Shown here piece by piece: positions 10,847 to 23,251 of a stretch of 47,201 nt of DNA. Below the pieces are notes generated by a model, which saw only the letters and a list, made by a program, of their open reading frames with translations, was not told where the DNA came from and did not search any database. The position numbers and the translations under genes were made by a program. The DNA is taken from positions 1 through 47,201 of the forward strand of contig NW_021834613.1 in assembly GCF_006345805.1 (NCBI RefSeq), given 5' to 3'. Numbering within the stretch: the stretch's first letter is position 1; every line of letters begins with the position of its first letter. This stretch comes from Octopus sinensis. Taxonomy: Eukaryota.

Positions 10847-11444
10847 ATTATTATTATCATTATTATTATTAATATTATTATTATTATTATTTCTCTTTAT
10901 AACAGGTCTTGTACGTGTAAATTAGTATGTAAATAGAAGGACTAAAACTTTGGGACTTTATTTAATAGAAACCCCAAAATGACGATAGGCAAACTTGACC
11001 ATCAAGTGATTTCAACTCGGATTACAGATAGCCGAAACCACTATTGAAATCAGCGCTATGACTATCCCCAAATCTGGCCTTTTTAGTTGCTAGAAATCTT
11101 TACGTTTAATGAGAGTAAATCTCTATTTCAAACGCATGAAATAAATCAGTTTAAAGATTTATTTCGATTATGGCTCGTATAAATTAGGCACAGCAATTGC
11201 ACAACGAAACAACTCTATTATGTGTGTTTCTGTGTGTCTGTGCTGAGAAATCGGCAATATGGCTGTGGATGCAGATGTTTGCAAATCAGTCTGGTTAAAT
11301 CAATATCGTGTTCACCAGACTAACAACATGTACAGACTGTGAGGCGTGTCAATGAGTTTACTGCCGTATTTTCCCTTCTTTGTTTTTATATTTATTTTTT
11401 TTTAATTTTGATCAGAAACTCATGTTTACAAAAGTACAATATGT

Positions 11445-11455
11445 TTTTATTATTA

Positions 11456-11496
<41 letters not shown>

Positions 11497-11548
11497 TATT
11501 ATTATTATTACTATTATCATTATTATTATTATTATATTATTATTATTA

Positions 11549-11584
<36 letters not shown>

Positions 11585-11708
11585 TCTCTTTACCACAGGT
11601 CTTGTTTGGGCTCCTGGAGTCTTACATGCATTAGCAAACTTGCTACCTGCAGCCTACGGCACCATGCTATCCATTCTTTTCAGCTATCTAATACTTTCCT
11701 GATTATTA

Positions 11709-11747
<39 letters not shown>

Positions 11748-11755
11748 TATTATTA

Positions 11756-11828
<73 letters not shown>

Positions 11829-11850
11829 TACCATTATTATTATTATTATT
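11445..11850. repeat. (ATT)n microsatellite interrupted by a LINE end
   Basis: Read directly. Confidence 0.93.
11583..11704 (-). mobile_element. R4/Dong-like LINE extreme 3' end, fragment 3
   Basis: Minus strand reads IRKVLDS* (typical 'ILRKVL' terminus), then a UTR ending 'aagacctgtggtaaagagaaataataa'; similar ends at 10890-10912 and about 23092-23140. Confidence 0.6.
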
Positions 11851-12117
11851 CGAAAATAATGGCCGTAACATATGATTCATGTTTATATTGCCATTATGGT
11901 CCATATCCGGATTTCTGGGTGAAACATCGATTCTTTTTTATGGTAAATATTATTAGAAAACAATAAACCAGAAAAGGACGAAAATAACGGTAAACATCGT
12001 CGGCAAAAGTCAGTTAAGAATCTAACGTAAATGTATAAATTTCTGGAGTTAATATGATTATTATTTAATTCCTTTTCATTCTTGAATTTTAGGTTGTACC
12101 TATTCAGTTATTACGCA

Positions 12118-12360
12118 CGAAGCAACGTTAGCACGCCGGGCGAAGTGCTTAGCGGTAGCCTCTTGTGGGTAGTAAAGAAATAGGTGTTTCGTCTGCCGCT
12201 ACGTTCAAATTCCGCCGAGGTCGACTTTGCCTTTCATCCTTTCGGGGTCGATAAATTAAGTACCTGTTACGCACTAGGGTCGATGTAATTGACTTAAACC
12301 TCTTGTCTGTCCTTGTTTGTTCCCTATGTGTTTAGCTCCCTGTGGGCAATAAAGAAATAA
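12118..12360 (+). mobile_element. SINE family C, rearranged (head, tail stub, then body)
   Basis: 'aacgttagcacgccgggcgaa...gtagtaaagaaataggtgtttcgtctgcc...gaggtcgactttgcctttcatcctttcggggtcgat...aaagaaata'. Confidence 0.85.
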
Positions 12361-12367
12361 AATTAAA

Positions 12368-13300
12368 ATGAAGTTAACGAAAAAGGAGTTACTTTACCTT
12401 AATAATTCTGAGGTAAAAACTAGCAACTTTTATGGACTAAAAAGAGTTCGTAACCATAAAGGAATCTATAACAGTCGAGAATACCTCTGTGCACCATATG
12501 TAAAGATTTCCAAACCGTCTGATTTTTTAATTAAGTGCAATATTTTCAAGACCAACATCAATCACCCGGCGATTAAGCAATTTATTTGACATATTTGGAA
12601 GCCATTGTTCCTCAATTTAATCAGAGTTGACATGGACTTCCTAAACCCAGTTCCGGAAAGTGTTAATAAGGAGACGATCTGTGTTAGTTTCGATGGAACA
12701 AGGCTTTACACAAATATCCCCCAATGAATTATGATTCAAATTAGCAGAATCCTCGATGGGTATAAATACTCACAAAGGATTCAAAATCGATCGCCAAAAG
12801 AATTTATACTTGAAGGATTAGATGGATACAAGAAAATTTTGGCAATTGTGCATACTGATGATAAAAGAAAATGAAACGGTTACAACCAATCTCTAGTTCA
12901 AACATCGCTGACGAGCACCAATATTTAGATATTTGAACTTGCTGCGCAACCCACAACGGGTATATGCTTGATAGTTACAGACATAAAAAGACTAGAGGAA
13001 CAACATGCAGAACTAAAAATATTCCTTCAGAAGCAAAACTACAAAAGAAATCTGACTAAATTATACGATAACCAAAGCAATGATGGTGAATATGAAAATA
13101 GATATATTCCATTTTTAGAGACCCATAATTCAGGAAATCGCATCTTATATTCAACGAAACAATATCATCCAATTCGAAATTAATCATCGGATGTCAGAAA
13201 AAAATAAAGAGGAAGCACAAATTATCAACAGCCAAAGTCAACCACTCAAAAGTCTCTTCACAAACGCAAAATTCACACCAGAAGAAGAAATAATGCAAAT
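12368..13300 (+). pseudogene. Decayed Penelope-like element reverse transcriptase remnant
   Basis: Fragments in different frames: 'SNFYGLKRVRNHK' (cf. FYGLPKIHK), 12632-12727 'MDFLNPVPESVNKETICVSFDGTRLYTNIP' (cf. SFDVxSLYTNIP), 'KRLEEQHAELKIFLQKQNY...IPFLETHNSGN', 'INSQSQPLKSLFTNAKF'. Stops, frameshifts and large deletions. Confidence 0.8.
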
Positions 13301-13305
13301 TGGAT

Positions 13306-13638
13306 TGGAAGCACTCCGTCGGTTACGATGATGAGGGTTCCGGTTGATCCGAATCAACGGAACAGCCTGCTCGGGAAATTAACGTGCAAGTGGCTGAGCA
13401 CTCTACAGACATGTGTACACTTCACGTAGTTCTCGGGGAGATTAGGCGTGACACAGAGTGTGACAAGGCTGGCCCTTTGAAATACAGGTACAACAGAAAC
13501 AGGAAGAAAGGGTGAGAGAAGTTGCGGTGAAAGAGTACAGCAGGGTTCGCCACCACCCTCTGACGGAGCTCAATAAACAGTCACAACACCCAATCTGGGA
13601 ATCCTATGACCACGAGTCTGCTGCCCTAACCACTGGGC
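13306..13638 (-). mobile_element. SINE family B (long tail), internally deleted
   Basis: Reverse complement of the family B sequence at 33245 and 40553. Confidence 0.85.
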
Positions 13639-13776
13639 TATCATTAATTCCAATGGGTTTAATCTGGAAAGAGAAAATATCATTTGAGTTATCAGCTGCT
13701 AAAGTGTATATACACTTTTTGGGACACCCTGTATATATATATATATATATATATATATCTTTTCATTCTTTCTTCC

Positions 13777-14059
13777 AGGTTCATGGGCCCGGTTTCCCGG
13801 TTTCTGTGGCGTATGTAGTCCCCCCTCCCCTAGCTGGACGGGACGCCAATCCATCGCAGCGTAACTCAAGAAACAGGAAGGGAGAGTGAGAGAAAGTTGT
13901 GGCGAAAGAGTATAACAGGGGTCACCCGCCCACCGGAGCAACATGGAGCTTTAGGTGTTTTCGCTCAATAAACACACACAACACCCGGTCTGGTAATCGA
14001 AACAGCGATCCTCCGACCGCGAGTCCGCTGCCCTAACCACTGGGCCATTGCGCCTCCAC
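13777..14059 (-). mobile_element. SINE family B' (alternative short tail)
   Basis: Head 'gtggaggcgcaatggcccagtggttagggcagcggactcg', tail 'gctgcgatggattggcgtcccgtccagc...cagaaaccgggaaaccgggcccatga'. Confidence 0.88.
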
Positions 14060-14096
14060 ATATACATATGTGTTTGTGCGTGTGTGTGTGTGTGTC

Positions 14097-14133
<37 letters not shown>

Positions 14134-14487
14134 GCGCATATATAGTTAGATAAAAACTAGATACAAACAAAAAAGAAGAGCAGACAACAAAGACGTCCTT
14201 CTTTTTTTATGAAACCATTATTCAGCCATTTCAAAGGTTTCTCAGGATTGAATCCGTCTGTGTAATGATTGTTATGCAAAAGTTAGATTTCATTCTGCTT
14301 TTTGGTTTTGTATAAATGTGAAGCACACTATACTGAGATCGAATCTCACTTGGCAGCCTTTGCTGTTTTGTCACGAACCTTACCTCTTTGTCACAAACAC
14401 ATTGATCTTATAAGAAAAATAATAAAACAATTTGGATTTATACTTAGTAAAAATACTATGTAAATGATTACATGATTATATAATTGA

Positions 14488-14878
14488 CTAGCAGTATCGT
14501 CCAGGTTTGCTCGGGTTTGTTTCGACCCTTTAGAATTGGAATTTTTGAAAAGTAAAACTTTTGCATTATGTAGCTTGTTATTCTCTTTAAGTGAAAATTT
14601 TCTGGTTGAAATACACCGAAAAATAGCGACACAGCAGTCAAAAAATCGTAAAAAATATGGATTTTCATAGAAAAAAAGCACTTTTTGATGTAAATAATTT
14701 TAGGTGTAAACATGGTTAGATTTGAATTTTTTTCTTCTGCGGAAGGAAGAACAAGCCTTCTTCTATCGTACTTTCAATTTTGGTCAACTTGCGCCGCAGG
14801 GTCTCGGAGGAGATAGTGTTAGTTGAAGGCTACCAAACCTGCCATACACAGATAACTACAGCTTTACACATAGAGAGA
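14488..14878 (-). mobile_element. Non-autonomous Helitron-like element
   Basis: Minus strand starts A|TC and ends with a degenerate hairpin then CTAG|T; ends resemble those of 26465-26763. Confidence 0.75.
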
Positions 14879-15725
14879 TTACAGAATGATTACGTAAACT
14901 GATGACGCAAGCTGTTTATTACATGATTGAGTGAATGCTTCATCTGGTGATTATTTAATTATTAGAAAACAGAGCACATATATTCTTCAATCGTTAATCC
15001 TATACTATTTGTTGGTTGTCGGATATCTTTTTTCTAAGCAACAATGTATCTTTCAGAATTCCTAGAAAACAACAATACCAGGAAATTGATGCTTCTAGAT
15101 GTATAAATGTTAAGTCACTTAAAGTTGATGATAAGAAATGTGAGCTCTCAGCTAAATTAGATATAACATATCCAATGTTTAACATAACGGAAAATGTTGA
15201 TGGATCGTGAAAGCACCTCAAAGGAACCACATATTTTGATTCCTTTGAAATACTTTGATTGCTCCATCAACAAGCATTAGGAATGGTTCGTCGAGAACAA
15301 CCTTGAAGTTAAATCTTTCGAGGATAGTATGCATACTGCACACAAGAATTTATTATTAGAGTAAAGATGCCAAGCAAAAGAGACTTATCACGGAATTAAA
15401 TGATCAGTACGGAAGTCTATAACAAACATGAAAGAAATATGATAGGCATAGAAAACAGCTGAGATTTTATCTGAAGTGGTTAGAAACGATAACAAGGCAT
15501 TGTATGGCGGTATGAAATAGGTTCATTAATAACAACCTTGTGGCTAATCTCGTGTCGTGTCTCCAGATACTGAGCGAAAACAAAATGAGATTTAACAAAG
15601 ATGGAAGGAGTAGGTTGAACATACTTTGCATGATTTGTCGAAAAGATACGATGATATTTTTCCATGAGTGCTAGAAAGGATAAAAATAGCACAACCTGCA
15701 TATAAAGTGGCACTGAGTGAAATGT

Positions 15726-16106
15726 GGAAGCACTCCGTCGGTTACAACGACGAGGGTTCCGGTTGATCCGAATCAACGGAACAGCCTGCTCGTGAAATTA
15801 ACGTGTAAGTGGCTGAGCACTCCACAGACACGTGCACCCTTAACGTAGTTCTCGGGGATATTCAGCGTGACACAGAGAGTGACAAGGCTGGCCCTTTGAA
15901 ATACAGGTACAACAGAAACGGAAGAAAGAGTGAGAGAAATTTGTGGTGAAAGAGTACAGCAGGGATCACCACCATCCTGCCGGAGCCTCGTGGAGCTTTA
16001 GGTGTTTTCGCTCAATAAACACTCACAACGCCCGGTCTGGGAATCGAAACCGCGATCCTATGACCGCGAGTCCGCTGCCCTAACCACTGGGCCATTGCGC
16101 CTCCAC
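15726..16106 (-). mobile_element. SINE family B (long tail), full length with 11-bp target-site duplication
   Basis: 'gagtgaaatgt' at 15715-15725 and 16109-16119. Confidence 0.93.
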
Positions 16107-16219
16107 TCGAGTGAAATGTATGATGCAACAAAAAGAAAATTTGATGTCTGAGGAATCTTCTGGATAAAATGTCCACAGATACGCCACAAAAAATTGAAAT
16201 TTTTCTTTGGTTATGTTCC

Positions 16220-16358
16220 CAGTGGCGTAACTAGTGGGGGTTGTCTGCCTTGGTTATCGCTTTTGTAGTGTGACACTAAAATATGGGCTTGGAGGCCCTG
16301 AGATCGGCGGCAAACTCAGGTCTTGCTTCGGGCGGCCCGCACTCTAGCTACGCCATTG
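16220..16358. mobile_element. Short MITE-like element with hAT-like terminal inverted repeats
   Basis: 'cagtggcgtaactag' ... 'ctagctacgccattg'; no 8-bp target-site duplication visible. Confidence 0.6.
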
Positions 16359-16439
16359 CATTTTCTCAGAAGATTGATGATGTCTCCACAAAGAGGCAAA
16401 AGGCAATACATTAATTATGTATCATATCGTCAATTTTGT

Positions 16440-16588
<149 letters not shown>

Positions 16589-17296
16589 ATAAAATATTAG
16601 CTTTGATTTAGAATAGAAATCATTACTTCCGCACCATCGTAGAATGTAAAAAGTAAGAAATGCCACTTGTGCATTAATGAAAAATTTTTCATATTTATAC
16701 CCATTACTTAACTCAAGGGAGGAACGAAACAAACTTGTCTGCACAAAGGTAAGTAAGTTTTCTCTAGGTACAAATAATATTAGGGATTCCATATAGATTT
16801 TCTTCACTAATTGTCCCCAGAGCTCTTCATCTTAGTAATAGCAGAATTAGATTCTAAATGTTGGCATAAATTATCTTGCAGTTACAGCTCGTTTAATAGA
16901 TTAACTTATCTAGACCCCTTTTAGGTAATTCAGCATTAATATTCTTACACTAACACCCCTCCGAGTTTTAAAATTGAATCTCCCACACGTAACAACCTCT
17001 TTGTGTTACTTCATTATTATACTTCTCAATGTAACCTAACCTTTACACCCTCTTATAATTATATAATGACCGTTCTCTTAGCTGTAAACATAAATTTAGA
17101 CTATATTGTATTGTGCAAACGTATCCATTTCCCTACTATACCTCACCCTTAATAGTACCTTTGGTTCTTCACCCTAATAATTAATAAATCTGTCTTTATT
17201 TTGTAACGTATTTTACCATTTATTCATATTTAATGTTTGATTGTTTCACTTTAGTTCATACTGGACCACTTTAAGTTAATTCAGCATTCGTCCACA

Positions 17297-17710
17297 GGCG
17301 TAGGAGTGGCTGTGTGGTAAGTAGCTTGCTTACCAACCACATGATTCCGGGTTCAGTCCCACTGCGTGGCATCTTGGGCAAGTGTCTTCTGCTATAGCCC
17401 CGGGCCGACCAATGCCTTGTGAGTGGATTTGGTAGACGGAAACTGAAAGAAGCCTGTCGTATATATGTATATATATATATATATATGTACGTGTGTGTGT
17501 CTGTGTTTGTCCCCCTAGCATTGCTTGACAACCAATGCTGGTGTGTTTACGTCCCCGTCACTTAGCGGTTCGGCAAAAAGAGACCAATAGAATAAGTACT
17601 GGGCTTAGAAAAGAATAAGTCCCGGGGTCGATTTGCTCGACTAAAGGCGGTGCTCCAGCATGGCCGCAGTCAAATGACTGAAACAAGTAAAAGATAAAGA
17701 AAAGAAAAGA
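17297..17710 (+). mobile_element. SINE family A, full length
   Basis: Near-identical to 3049-3422; (AAAG)-type tail. Confidence 0.9.
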
Positions 17711-18293
17711 TTTTATTTAATACAGATCCCCCAGTCTATTTACACATTTCACTACCTCCCCAACGCAACACAATAATTACCTGACATTTTAATACCAATT
17801 TCACACCATTTTTTCATTATGTATTTGCATGCACTTTGTTTTGCAGAGTGCACTTAATTATGTGCTATTATGTGCATTAATCCATACATGGGTGACCAAT
17901 TGTGGATGCATGCATATGCGTATACCCACATATGGGATTGATATATATATTTAGAGTGAGTGTGTATATGTGCATGATTTATTTGTGTATATGTGAGTGC
18001 ATGTGAGTGTGGATATGTGTGTGTGTGTGTGTGTGTATGTTTGTGCGCGAGTGTGTGTGCATACGTACCTATATGTATGTGTGCATTTATTTGTGTATGT
18101 ATATATGAGCATATTTTAGTAGGTGTTTGCATCTGTAAAAATATTTCACAAGTATATCAATTTGTACTCATTAATTTATTAATTACAGATATATTTATAT
18201 CGCAGCTTAATTAATTGATAAGTTGGCTGATTTATTAATTGATTATTTAGCCAATCAGTTGTTTGATTGATTAGTTAGCTCAATGATTAGATG

Positions 18294-18600
18294 GTGGAGG
18301 CGCAATGGCCCAGTGGTGAGGGCAGCGGATTCGCGGTCGGAGGATCAGGGCTTCGATTCCCAGACCGGGCGTTGTGTGTGTTTATTGAGCGAAAATACCT
18401 AAAGCTCTACGAGGCTCCGGCAGGGTTTGGTGGTGACCCCTGTTGTACACTTTCACCCCAACTTTCTCTCACTCTCTCTTCCTATTTCTTGAGTAACGCT
18501 GCGACGGACTGGCGTCCCATCCAGCTACGGGGAACACATACGCCACAGAAACCGGGAAACCGGGCCCATGAGCCTGGCTAGGCTTGAAAAGGGTGCATAA
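18294..18600 (+). mobile_element. SINE family B'
   Basis: tRNA-like head plus short tail 'cagaaaccgggaaaccgggcccatgagcctggctaggcttgaaaaggg'. Confidence 0.88.
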
Positions 18601-19136
18601 ATTATAATAAAACTGGTTAGATCTACTAGATGTTTAATCCAAGGACTGATCGGTGGCTTTATAAATTTCCAATTTAGCTCATATTATTAACCCATTTATA
18701 ACTTCGCCTTAACCATATCTAATCCTAAATGCCCTAATAAATGAATATTTCATTGTTATATTTATTCAGTTTACACTTCTATTTTATTGACGAAAAAGGC
18801 TTTAGGATATTTTGCCCCTTAACCTTCTAAATTCCTAATTGTACAAATAGGTAATTCTCCAAATTTTAATGTTGTCTTATTAGTCTTATTATATTTCATT
18901 ATATTGAATTTAATTTAATTTTAGTTTATTTTGTATTTTCTTAAGAGACTTCGGGCCCCTTACAGCATATATCATTCATTTATTTATTCATTTATTTTAC
19001 CCCGTATTAACGGTTTTAATAGCCGATCTTTTGTTTTTAAATTCTAACTGACCAACGATATCGGGCGTTTGACCCTGCTCTATCTCACTTTGGACAATAA
19101 GTGGTGTGACCAAAATGCCTACTAGTAAGTAAAAAT

Positions 19137-19441
19137 TGGAAGCGCAATATCCCAGTGGTTAGGGTAGCGGACTCGTGGTCGGAGGTCTCGCGGTTTCGAT
19201 TCCAAGACCGGGCGTTGTGTGTGTTTATTGAGCGAAAACACCTTAAAGCTCTACGAGGCTCTGACAGGGGGTGGGGTAGTGACCCCTGTTGTTCTCTTTC
19301 GCCCCCAACGTTCTCTCACTCTTTCTTCCTGTTTCTTGAGTAACGCTGCGATGGACTGGCGTCCGTCCAGCTGGGGGGAACACATACACCAAAGAAACCG
19401 GGAAACCGGGCCCACGAGCTAGGCTTCAAAAGGGCGCACAA
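19137..19441 (+). mobile_element. SINE family B', more diverged
   Basis: Same organisation as 18294-18600. Confidence 0.85.
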
Positions 19442-19645
19442 ATAAAAATAAATAAGTAAAAATCATATTAATCGATAAACATTTTATTATGATAAATACT
19501 ATTATTCTGTACTACAAACATAATTAATAATAATAATTATCATTATTATTATTTTAACACTTTATCGTATGGTTGCTCCTTCTTTGACCAGCCCTATTTG
19601 CGTAAACAGCTATTGACATCATTTTTTATTCAACGAATACACCCC

Positions 19646-19690
<45 letters not shown>

Positions 19691-19734
19691 TTATTATTAT
19701 TATATTTCCACTCTATGCACAAGGCCTTGAAAAT

Positions 19735-20118
19735 TTGGTGGGGTGTGCAGGGGTTTAGTCGATTACATCGACTCCAGTGAGTAACTGGTACTTATTTCAT
19801 CGATCCTGAGAGGACGAAACGCAAAGTCGACCTTGGTGGAATAATAATAATAATGATGATAATAATAATGATAATAATAATAATAATTTGTTATTTTTTT
19901 ATTTCCCACGGGGGGGGGCTAAACATACAGGGGACAAACAGGGATAGACATAGAGATTAACTCGATTACGTTGGCCCCCATTGCGTAACTGGTACATATT
20001 TAATCGATCCCGAAAGGATGAAGGGCAAAGTCGACCTCGGCAGTATTTGAACTCAGAGCGTAACGGCAGACGAAATACCGCCGCTCAGCATTTCGCCCGG
20101 TGTGCTAACGATTCTGCC
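19735..20118 (-). mobile_element. SINE family C plus a second partial body, separated by (AAT/GAT)n
   Basis: Reverse-complement match to family C at about 19905-20118 and 19735-19843. Confidence 0.8.
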
Positions 20119-20119
20119 A

Positions 20120-20400
<281 letters not shown>

Positions 20401-20943
20401 CGTTGATATTAATTTCTTGCCTTGATATAAACACAATCATTTTGTGAAAGATAAATACAGCCGATTAAACTGTGCGATGCCGATATTAGCAATACTAATA
20501 TTATTAATAATTCTATTTATGATTTAACATTGCTCCTTCGGCAGCTTATGATGTTAACAACGGGCTTGAGTAATTAGAATAATGCACAAGCCATCTCAGT
20601 TACGTCCCTTGCCCTGTAAATCTCACAGCCAATATCTGCATCCACTGCATAATGTCGGAGCTAAAATCATCAGCAATATTTGTTTTCTCGCCTTCTCTCT
20701 CTCTCTATCTCTTCCTTTCGCTTCTTCTCTATCTCTGGCTTCCTCTCTTTCTCTCTCTCTTATTCACACTCACTACCCCTTTCTCCCCTTAGCTCTGATT
20801 CTTCCTTCACCCTCTTTCAGTTACTGTTGCATTTCATTTGCTTCGTGGTGCAGCGTAACTTCTGTGTACGTGTGTTCGGGACTGTGTGCAGAAAATATAC
20901 TTGATATACGTGCGAATGCTGCAATATCCATTGTACGTTACAA

Positions 20944-21495
20944 GGCAGCGTGCTGGCAGAAACGTTAGCACGCCGGGCGAAATGCGTGGCCGTATATCGT
21001 CTGCCTTTACGTTCTGAGTTCAAATTCCGCCGAGGTTGACTTTGCCTTTCATCTTTTCGGGGTCGATTAAATATGTACCAGTTACGCACTGGGGTTGATC
21101 TAATCGACTTAATCCGTTTGTCTGTCCTTGTTTGTCCTCTCTGTGTTTACCCCCTCGTGGGTAGTAAAGAAATAGGTATTTCGTCTATCGCTACGTTCTG
21201 AGTTCAAATTCCGGTGAGGTCGAATTTGCCTTTCATTCTTTTGGGGTCGATTAAATAAGTACCTGTTACGCACTGGGGTCGATGTAATCGACTTAATCCG
21301 TTTGTCTGTCCTTATTTGTCCTCTCTGTGTAGCCCCTTGTTGGTAGAAAAAGAAATAGGTATTTCGTTTGTTTTACGTGACGAGTTCAAATTCCGCCAAG
21401 ATCGATTTTGCCTTTCATCCTTTCGGGGTTGATAAATTAAGTACCTGTTGCGTAATCGACTGGACCCAACTCCCCAAAATTTTCGGGCCTTGTGC
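20944..21495 (+). mobile_element. SINE family C: one head and three tandem bodies (period about 183-184 bp)
   Basis: Body starts at 20992, 21176 and 21359; junction 'aaagaaatag|gtatttcgt'. Confidence 0.9.
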
Positions 21496-21526
21496 CTAGA
21501 ATAATAAAGAATATGTATGGTACGTT

Positions 21527-21573
21527 TTCTCTCTCTCTCTCCCTCTCTCTCCTCTCCCTCTCTCTCTCTCTTC

Positions 21574-21607
<34 letters not shown>

Positions 21608-21738
21608 CTCACTCTCTCATCTATTATTTACCTATTTACACGCATGCACACTCACACACACACACACAAACTCGTACACATACATACAGATATATATGTA
21701 TATATATATATATACATATATATCTATATATATATATC

Positions 21739-21807
<69 letters not shown>

Positions 21808-21860
21808 ATATATATATATATACACACACACACAATATATATATATATATATGTATATGT
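21527..21860. repeat. (TC)n/(CA)n/(TA)n compound microsatellite
   Basis: Read directly. Confidence 0.93.
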
Positions 21861-22283
21861 AAGTATGCACATTCTGTCGAGATCCTTCTTTCATGACATA
21901 CCTCTCGATTTCGTACATATCCCTGTGTATTTCTGAATATCTAATATACACGAATCTTTCCGAAACCTCCTGTATACAACCCTAGTAGAAGGGTCAGGGA
22001 ACTTTTCTAACTAATTACCCCAAAATATATTTATTTACACCGATTCGAACAGAAGAAAATCATAGATAACAGGGACCACGCTTTTAATATAATTTTGCTT
22101 ATGTCTAATTATTTCCACATTGCTCCCCAATTTGGGGTAATTTACCTCAGTTCGCCGACCCATGCCCTAGTGGTAGTGGGTATGTGTCAATAGATAAGAC
22201 AGATGCATAGATGCATATTTTCTTCCGACTCTTTATGTTCTAAGTCTCAATGCCACGGTTCATAAAAAAATATATATATAAAA

Positions 22284-22697
22284 GGCGGCGAGCTGGTAGA
22301 AACGTTAGCACGCCGGGAGAGATTCGTAGCCGTATTTCGTCTGTCGTTACGTTCCGAGTTCAAATTCCGCCGAGGTCGACTTTGCCTTTCAAACTTTCGG
22401 AATCGATAAATTAAGTACCAGTTACGCACTGGGGTCGATGTAGTCGACTTAATCCCTTTGTCTGTCCTTGTTTGTCCCCTCTGTGTTTAGCTCCTGGTGG
22501 GTAGTAAAGAAATAGGTATTTCGTCTGTCGTTACGTTCCGAGTTCAAATTCCGCCGGGGTCGACTTTGCCCTTCGTCCTTTCGGGGTCGATAAATTAAGT
22601 ACCAGTTACGCACTGGGGTCGATGTAGTCGACTTAATCCCTTTCTCTGTCCTTGTTTGTCCCCTCTGTGTTTAGCCCCTTGTGGGTAGTAAAGAAAT
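22284..22697 (+). mobile_element. SINE family C: head and two tandem bodies
   Basis: Second body starts at 22516 after the same 'aaagaaatag|gtatttcgtc' junction. Confidence 0.9.
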
Positions 22698-23204
22698 ATA
22701 TATATATATATATTGAGCATTGGCATCGAGGTAATCCTCCGTTTTCTCAAAACTTATAGACTCGTGCCAAAATGTGAAAGAATCACTTTCAGTAGAATTA
22801 GTTTTTCTATTGTTATTGTACGAGAGCTTGAGCCCTTCGTGGTTCGGATAAACCTGAATATATTGGTTTTTTTCTTAACTGGTTCTATTTGGAATCTCTT
22901 GTGTATCAGGACTGCATCATCTCAGTATCCACAAATTTTGTATATTACATATATATTTTTTTCTCATCTCAATATTCTCTTCGTCTCTTTCCACATCTGT
23001 TTATGCAAAGCACAAAAAAGATTGCAGGCTGTCCTTGTAATGTCTCCCTGATTGATATCCCTCGGTCAGATAAAGAAATTATTATTACTATCTTCTCTTT
23101 ATCGCAGGTTTTATTGGAGTTCCTGGAGTTATTCAATTTCATTGATTGAATATCTTCAATTATGCGTTCGAGAATATGTTTGACTACTAGGATTTACGTT
23201 TTCA

Positions 23205-23243
<39 letters not shown>

Positions 23244-23251
<8 letters not shown>

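Noticed and set aside
15016-15420. Protein-like stretch, possibly a decayed transposase or integrase, or an exon
   Set aside because: Multiple stops and no motif I can identify with confidence; needs tBLASTx.
20582-20968. 128-aa ORF with a polypyrimidine tract
   Set aside because: Largely (TC)n low complexity running into a SINE; no recognisable product.
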